Assembly: GCA_052364855.1 (NCBI GenBank)
Contig: DAWEIC010000001.1
Location: 416 to 55,229, forward strand
Origin: Collinsella sp.
Lineage (GTDB): Bacteria; Actinomycetota; Coriobacteriia; Coriobacteriales; Coriobacteriaceae
Length of the DNA: 54,814 bases
Reading direction: 5' to 3'
Part shown: positions 48,853-54,814 of the stretch, in pieces
How the letters are laid out: the number at the start of each line of letters is the position of its first letter
Numbering within the stretch: position 1 is the stretch's first letter
Program-made: the position numbers and the translations under genes
The notes under the pieces: generated by a model
Told to the model about the DNA's origin: nothing
The model's database searches: none
Seen by the model: the letters and a program-made list of their open reading frames with translations, nothing else

Positions 48853-49491
48853 CTATTCAGCGCGCTTGATAGGATGACGAACCACAGTCTTAAGTTTCTC
48901 CGGCGCACACTTGCGTGGATCGGAAAGATAGATTTCGTGATGTAAACGGGTGTCTGAGAAGTCGGGGACATAGCCCTGCTCGGTCGCATATTCATGCATG
49001 GCGTCTACGGTTGCCGGCTCGCTGTCGTAGGGTCCGGTATGCATGCATTGAACGCAGAGACCCTCGTCAACTTTAAGCAGCTCGACGGCAGAAAAGTCCA
49101 GTTTCTTTTTGGCCGTGGCTTCCGCGACCGCCCAGTCAAAGTCATCCTGAGTGACGAAATCGGGCAGGCGGATGCACGAGATAAAGTTGAAATCGTCCTT
49201 GCGTACATAATCGATGTCGCCGCTCGGGGAGTCTTGCCACCAGAAGCCCTCGAGCGGCGGTACCACAAAGTCGAAATAGCCCTCGATACTCCTTGAGCCT
49301 TTCTTTGACATCTTGACGGTATAGGCGATGCCGTAAAGCAGCGGCAGGGCATTTTGATACTCGCCACCTTCGGTATTTGGGTCGCCCTTTCCGCGAACGG
49401 CAACGTAGCTCATAGGCGGGACAGTTACGATACTCGGCTTGCTCGCAGGTCTGTAGAGATCCTTGCATTCCTTCTTAAAGTCGAACGCCAT
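48853..49491 (-). CDS. GyrI-like small-molecule-binding domain protein
   Basis: DFKK..KDLY.P, PPLEGFWW, H.GPYDSE, HHEIYLSDPR. Confidence 0.85.
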   Translation of the reverse strand: MAFDFKKECKDLYRPASKPSIVTVPPMSYVAVRGKGDPNTEGGEYQNALPLLYGIAYTVKMSKKGSRSIEGYFDFVVPPLEGFWWQDSPSGDIDYVRKDDFNFISCIRLPDFVTQDDFDWAVAEATAKKKLDFSAVELLKVDEGLCVQCMHTGPYDSEPATVDAMHEYATEQGYVPDFSDTRLHHEIYLSDPRKCAPEKLKTVVRHPIKRAE

Positions 49492-49547
49492 GTTGGCCGC
49501 CTTTCTGCGTATTGGCCTACTTAGATAGCTGAATCATATCATAGAAA

Positions 49548-49561
49548 CGAACAGCTGTTCG
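49548..49561. promoter_or_regulatory. LexA (SOS) box
   Basis: CGAAC-AGCT-GTTCG, a perfect Gram-positive/actinobacterial consensus, next to a minus-strand TATGAT -10 of the GyrI-like gene. Confidence 0.72.
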
Positions 49562-49762
49562 AATGATTTGGCTGACAGATTGAGATGCGTGCGTTGTGTT
49601 TGGCGGTCGGCCTGACCCCATCGATGATTTCTCTGCCTCCCCGGCGCCTCATCTATAGCTGCCGTTTCCCCATATAGAACCTGCCAAAATAAACCCGTCC
49701 CTTTTTAGTCGGTGCGAAATGGGTAATACTAAAGAGTTATCCGACCAGATGGGAACCGATCG

Positions 49763-50464
49763 ATGGCTTATATCGAATTCAAAGACGTCATCAAGGCATA
49801 CGGCGAGGGCGACGCCCGCATTCACGCACTCGACGGCGCGAGCTTTACGGTCGAGCGCGGCGAGCTCGCCATCATTTTGGGTGCTTCGGGTGCCGGCAAG
49901 ACCACGGCGCTCAACATTCTGGGCGGCATGGATACGGCGACTTCCGGCACCGTGACGGTGGACGGGCGCGATGTGAGCTCCGCTAACGAGGCGCAGCTCG
50001 TGGAATACCGCCGCGCCGACGTCGGCTTTGTCTTCCAGTTCTACAATCTGGTCCCCAACCTGACGGCGCTCGAAAATGTTGAGCTTGCGGCGCAAATCTG
50101 CCCTGATTCGCTCGATGCCGAGCAAACGCTTTGCCAGGTTGGCTTGGGTGAGCGCCTCGCCAACTTCCCCGCGCAGCTTTCGGGCGGCGAGCAGCAGCGC
50201 GTGTCCATTGCCCGCGCACTGGCAAAGAACCCCAAGCTGCTTTTGTGCGACGAGCCCACGGGCGCACTTGACTATAAAACCGGCAAGCAGATCTTGCAGC
50301 TGCTGCAGGACACTTGCCGCAAGCAGGGCATTACGGTCATCATCATCACCCACAACTCCGCGCTGGCGCCCATGGCCGATCGCCTGATCCGCTTTAAGAA
50401 CGGTCGCGTGGAGAGCGAGACGGTCCAGCAAAATCCCGTGCCTATCGAGACGATCGAGTGGTAG
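49763..50464 (+). CDS. ABC transporter ATP-binding protein (LolD/MacB-like)
   Basis: [25 protein letters not shown]. Confidence 0.93.
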   Translation: MAYIEFKDVIKAYGEGDARIHALDGASFTVERGELAIILGASGAGKTTALNILGGMDTATSGTVTVDGRDVSSANEAQLVEYRRADVGFVFQFYNLVPNLTALENVELAAQICPDSLDAEQTLCQVGLGERLANFPAQLSGGEQQRVSIARALAKNPKLLLCDEPTGALDYKTGKQILQLLQDTCRKQGITVIIITHNSALAPMADRLIRFKNGRVESETVQQNPVPIETIEW

Positions 50465-50469
50465 CGCCC

Positions 50470-53235
50470 ATGGACCAAGACCGCCAAAACAGCCTACGCC
50501 GCGACGCGCAGAACACGGAGCGCGAGCAGGATTTTACGACCTACCGCACTGCCCAAAGCTCAAACGATATGGTGCCGACGGTTTTTCGCCGTGGCATCTA
50601 CCGCACAATCCGAGGCAGTCTTAAGCGCTTTTTGTCAATCGTGGTCATCACCGCGCTTGGCGTGAGCGTGATGTGCGGCCTTAAGGCGGGTTGCGAGGAC
50701 CTGTGTGATTCGGTTGATGCCTACTTCGACCAGCAAAATGTCTATGACATTAACGTGCAGTCGACCTATGGCCTGACTGACGATGATCTCGACGCCATAC
50801 AAGAGGTCGATGGCGTCGAAACGGCCGAGGGCATCTACACCGAGACCGCCTACACCGCCGTGGGCACAACGCGCGAGCGCGTGGTCGTGCAGAGTCTCTC
50901 CAAGGAGAACATCGATCAGCCGGTGCTCGTGAACGGCGATTTGCCCGAGAGCGCCGATGAAGTCGCGGTGACTTCGAAGTTCCTGAAGGCATCGGGCAAA
51001 AGGCTCGGCGATACGGTGAGCTTTGCCGCCAATGACGTGAGCTCGTCCAACCAAAGTGCCAAGGATCAGTTCGGCACAGGCAATTACACCATCACGGCCG
51101 AGGTTCTCGATCCCACCGACGTGAGCTCCGACTCGACGGTCAACGCCTTCCGTGCCGCCTCGGCTGCGGACTATAAGTTCTATGTGAACGAGGACGCCGC
51201 GACATCTTCTTCCTACTCCTCGGTCCACGTGATCGTCGAGGGAGCCAAGAGCCTCAACTCCTATTCGGATGCCTACACGACAAAGATCAACGAGGTCAAG
51301 GGCAATATCGAGAAGATCCGCAGGGAGCGTGAGAAGGCACGTGCTCAGGAGTTGACGGTTGACACGCCGGCAAGCTTGGATGCGGCCGAGCGCCAGGCGA
51401 ATATGCTCTTTGGGATTGAACAGGGCAACATCGACCGTATGGCCGAGGGCAGCGACGAACGTGCACAGGCGCAAGCTGACCTGGACCAGCGCCGCGCCGC
51501 CGCTGACCAGCATTTTGCCGATGCCCGCGCCGAGCTTTCCGATCTGGGCGAATGCACTTGGTACATCCAGGACCGCGGTAACATCGCAAGCTACTCGAGC
51601 GTCGAGAGCGATAGCTCGTCAATTGAGGCCATCGCCACGGTGTTCCCGTTTATCTTCTTTATCGTCGCCGTGCTCATCAGCCTCACCACCGCCACGCGTA
51701 TGGTTGAGGAGGAGCGCACGCTCATCGGCCTGTATAAGGCGCTCGGTTATTCGCGCGGGCGCATCCTGTCCAAATACGTGGACTATGCGCTGTGGGCTTG
51801 TCTGATCGGCGGCGTGCTCGGCAACATCATCGGCTTTGTGGGCCTGCCGCTGTTCTTGTTTACGGTGTTCGACGACATGTACTCGCTGCCTCAGATGCTG
51901 CTTTCGTACGACATCGTGTCCTCAATCGTCTCGGTGGCGCTGTTTGCCGTGGGCGTGGTGGGCGCCACGATTATCGCCTGTCGTCACGAGATGGCCGAGA
52001 CCCCAGCCTCGCTCATGCGTCCCAAGGCCCCGCGCGCCGGCTCGCGTATCTTGCTTGAGCGTATCGGCTTTATCTGGCACCGCATGGGCTTTTTGAACAA
52101 GGTGGCAGCGCGTAACCTGTTCCGCTACAAAAAGCGTGCCTTTATGACCATCTTTGGCATCGCGGGCTGCACGGCGCTTGTGATTTGCGGCATGGGCATT
52201 CGTGATACGTCGGTCGCGCTGTCGCCCAAGCAGTACGGGCATATCACGCGCTATGACTTGCTGGCGGTCGCCAATCCCGACGATTTTTCGCAGACGTGCG
52301 CGGCATTGGATGAGCGCAGCGCGGCCAAGGATTCCGACGTGACCGTGACCTCGACCCTGCCGATTATGACCGACAACGTCACCTTTACATTTGGCGGCAA
52401 GAGCGAGACCGTGCAGCTGATCGTGATTCCCGACGACCGCACGGGTGACTTGGGCGATTACGTGCGCCTGGAGGATGAGTCCAAAGAACCGCTCGCCCTG
52501 CGTGACGGGGACGTGTATTTAAGCAAGAGCTCGCAGCTGGTGCTGGGGATTCAGCCGGGCGATACAGCACACGTCCAGGATTCGTCGCTCAATGTTGCCA
52601 AGGTCAAAGTCAGCGACATCTCGCTCAACTATCTGGGCAACACGCTTTACATGACGCAGAGTACCTATGAGCGCGCGTTCGGTCGAAGCGCACGCCTCAA
52701 CGGCGTCTTTGTGCTGCTTAAGGGCTCGTCGGCCGACCAGATTGCGTTTAGCAAGAATCTTAAGAGTGACGGTTGGCTCACCATTTCGAGCACGGCCGAA
52801 CATTGGCAGAACTACGAGGCGAACTTTGCGATTATCAATTCCGTCGTGGTGCTCGTGACCTTTATGGCGGCGTGCCTATCGTTTGTGGTGGTGTTTACGC
52901 TGTCCAACACGAATATCTCCGAACGCGAGCGCGAGCTGGCGACCATTAAGGTGTTGGGCTTCCGTCGCGGCGAGGTGCACCACTACGTCAACAAGGAGAC
53001 GTTGATTCTCACGGCGATTGGCGCCGCTCTGGGCGTGCCGTTAGGCGGCTTGCTGGCCGAGAGCTTTACCTACATCCTGCAGATGCCATCGCTGTACTTT
53101 GACGTTGAGGTCGAGCCGCTGAGCTATGTGCTTGCCGTGGTGCTTTCCTTTGGCTTTACGTTTATCGTCAACCTCGCCACCAATCGTACCCTCAACAAGA
53201 TCGACATGGTCGGCGCCCTCAAGAGTGCCGAGTAA
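50470..53235 (+). CDS. FtsX/MacB-family ABC permease with two permease domains (start 50458 or 50470)
   Basis: RMVEEER..IG..KALGY and ERERELATIKVLGF motifs. Confidence 0.9.
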   Translation: MDQDRQNSLRRDAQNTEREQDFTTYRTAQSSNDMVPTVFRRGIYRTIRGSLKRFLSIVVITALGVSVMCGLKAGCEDLCDSVDAYFDQQNVYDINVQSTYGLTDDDLDAIQEVDGVETAEGIYTETAYTAVGTTRERVVVQSLSKENIDQPVLVNGDLPESADEVAVTSKFLKASGKRLGDTVSFAANDVSSSNQSAKDQFGTGNYTITAEVLDPTDVSSDSTVNAFRAASAADYKFYVNEDAATSSSYSSVHVIVEGAKSLNSYSDAYTTKINEVKGNIEKIRREREKARAQELTVDTPASLDAAERQANMLFGIEQGNIDRMAEGSDERAQAQADLDQRRAAADQHFADARAELSDLGECTWYIQDRGNIASYSSVESDSSSIEAIATVFPFIFFIVAVLISLTTATRMVEEERTLIGLYKALGYSRGRILSKYVDYALWACLIGGVLGNIIGFVGLPLFLFTVFDDMYSLPQMLLSYDIVSSIVSVALFAVGVVGATIIACRHEMAETPASLMRPKAPRAGSRILLERIGFIWHRMGFLNKVAARNLFRYKKRAFMTIFGIAGCTALVICGMGIRDTSVALSPKQYGHITRYDLLAVANPDDFSQTCAALDERSAAKDSDVTVTSTLPIMTDNVTFTFGGKSETVQLIVIPDDRTGDLGDYVRLEDESKEPLALRDGDVYLSKSSQLVLGIQPGDTAHVQDSSLNVAKVKVSDISLNYLGNTLYMTQSTYERAFGRSARLNGVFVLLKGSSADQIAFSKNLKSDGWLTISSTAEHWQNYEANFAIINSVVVLVTFMAACLSFVVVFTLSNTNISERERELATIKVLGFRRGEVHHYVNKETLILTAIGAALGVPLGGLLAESFTYILQMPSLYFDVEVEPLSYVLAVVLSFGFTFIVNLATNRTLNKIDMVGALKSAE

Positions 53236-53362
53236 CCTGTCCTGGGATCCAAGTTCTAGCGAACTGCCGACACGCCCGCAGCAGCGTTTTTGCATAAACC
53301 GCTCCGCCAAATGCATACTTTGACGGGGCGGTTGCTTTTTGCCCACGGGTACCCCCGGGGGC

Positions 53363-53570
53363 GGCGTGCAAATTTCGGAGTATTCAGCATCTCGGAGCCC
53401 GCGGGCGCGGGAATGGGAGTGCAAAACCACGCCGAAAGCCTTGATTCTGAGCCCCCAGTGCCTCGAGGACCGATCGTTTTTTACAGGATGCGGCCCATAG
53501 TGCCTGCCTTTCGCCCAAAATCCAGTATGCAGGCATCCTCGGCTGCTGAATACTCCCAAAAATGCACGCC
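53363..53570. repeat. 208-bp segment bounded by 27-bp imperfect inverted repeats (MITE-like)
   Basis: GGCGTGCAAATTTCGGAGTATTCAGCA / TGCTGAATACTCCCAAAAATGCACGCC, 24 of 27 complementary. Confidence 0.6.
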
Positions 53571-53643
53571 ACACCCCACCCTAGGCACCCGCAGCAAGAA
53601 GACGAATAGCCTCGGCCTCCGATGGGGGCGGTTCCAGCCGAGG

Positions 53644-54723
53644 CTATTCGTCGCCGAAGCTGATGCCCAGCGCTTTGGCCTCGCGCACCAGATCGCTCTG
53701 GGGGTCGACATACTTGAGCTTGCCGGCGACATCCTCGAGCGGCATGTGACACATCTTGCCGTCACGCAGTGCAATCATGTAGCCAAACTCGCCGCGCAGG
53801 CAGCCGAGCGCGGCCTCGACGCCGCACTGGGTCGCAAAGATGCGGTCCTGGGCGTCGGGCTGGCCGCCGCGCTGCGTGTGGCCGGGGATGGCAACGCGGG
53901 TCTCGCGACCGGTCTTGGCCTCGATCTCCTTGGCGATGTCGTAGACGATCGATGGGCTCGTACGCTCGGCGAGCTTCTTCTTGTACTCCTTCTTGGACAG
54001 CGCCGCGTCCTCCTTAGAGATGGCGCCCTCGGCGACGGCCACGATGGTAAAGCGGCTGCCGGTCTCCATGCGATGCTCGATGGTCTTGATGACCTGGTCC
54101 ATGTCGTAGGGGATCTCGGGAATCAGGATGACGTCCGCACCGCCCGCGACACCGGCGTACAGCGGGATCCAGCCAACCTTGTGGCCCATGATCTCGATAA
54201 CGAACACGCGGCCGTGACTCGAGGCGGTGGTGTGGATGTCGTCGATGCACTTGGTGGCGACGTCGATGGCGCTCGTAAAGCCAAACGTCATCTCGGTGCC
54301 CCAGGTGTCGTTATCGATGGTCTTGGGCAGGGCGATAACGTTGAGGCCCTCTTCGCGCAGGCGGTTGGCGGTCTTGGTGGAGCCGTTGCCACCCAGCATA
54401 AACAGGCAGTCGAGCTGCAGCTTATGATAGGTGTGGACCATCGCGGGCACCTTCTCGACGCCGTCGGCCTCGGGAATGTTCAGGCGCTTGAACGGCGTGC
54501 GGCTCGTGCCCAAAATGGTGCCGCCGCGGGTGAGGATGCCGCTAAAATCGGCGGGCGTCATGACGCGGAATCTGCTGTAGATAAGGCCCTGGTAGCCGTC
54601 CTCAAAACCGTAGATCTCGATAGGCTCTTCGCTATTGGTCATGAGCGTTTTGACGATGCCGCGCATGGTGGCGTTGAGCGCCTGGCAGTCGCCGCCACTG
54701 GTAAGAAGACCGATTCTAAGCAT
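53644..54723 (-). CDS. pfkA: 6-phosphofructokinase (group III type)
   Basis: TSGGD, GGTILGTSR, GGNGS, PKTIDND, EIMG, GHTQRGG. Confidence 0.93.
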   Translation of the reverse strand: MLRIGLLTSGGDCQALNATMRGIVKTLMTNSEEPIEIYGFEDGYQGLIYSRFRVMTPADFSGILTRGGTILGTSRTPFKRLNIPEADGVEKVPAMVHTYHKLQLDCLFMLGGNGSTKTANRLREEGLNVIALPKTIDNDTWGTEMTFGFTSAIDVATKCIDDIHTTASSHGRVFVIEIMGHKVGWIPLYAGVAGGADVILIPEIPYDMDQVIKTIEHRMETGSRFTIVAVAEGAISKEDAALSKKEYKKKLAERTSPSIVYDIAKEIEAKTGRETRVAIPGHTQRGGQPDAQDRIFATQCGVEAALGCLRGEFGYMIALRDGKMCHMPLEDVAGKLKYVDPQSDLVREAKALGISFGDE

Positions 54724-54814
54724 GATGAGTCCTTCCGGGCAAGTTATAACATGCGCATAAGTTTACCCCCGCACACTGTTGATACGGGGGTAAAACGTGT
54801 TAGCTCAAGCGTAT

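Overview
High-GC chromosomal window, most consistent with a gut Coriobacteriia such as Collinsella (inference from gene content and codon usage). It is mostly metabolic housekeeping: galT/galK with a LacI regulator, a flavodiiron protein, DeoR plus class II aldolase, Bce-type and multidrug ABC transporters, a methionine ABC importer, DAHP synthase, SDR plus KdgT, pyruvate formate-lyase and its activase, a sucrose/fructan PTS locus, mtnN, engB, thrCB, aspartokinase, asd, ogt and pfk. Small accessory cassettes are interspersed. No rRNA, tRNA, CRISPR array, integrase or transposase was recognised. Main observations: (1) an unannotated 36-aa Met/Cys-rich leader peptide with protector, antiterminator and terminator elements upstream of the methionine importer, apparently a methionine-sensing ribosomal attenuator; (2) a four-copy family of long 3'-UTR hairpins whose stems differ completely in sequence while the internal loops and apical TTC/GAA triloop are conserved; (3) a naturally split pyruvate formate-lyase whose glycyl-radical domain is a separate gene with its own candidate promoter; (4) a truncated AbiF/Abi_2 gene that keeps an abiF-like RNA hairpin; (5) a DUF3990/XRE cassette at the engB 3' end with a double operator; (6) a repeat-bounded AAA+/wHTH gene preceded by a phased CTCAA array; (7) a MutT-Vsr fusion.
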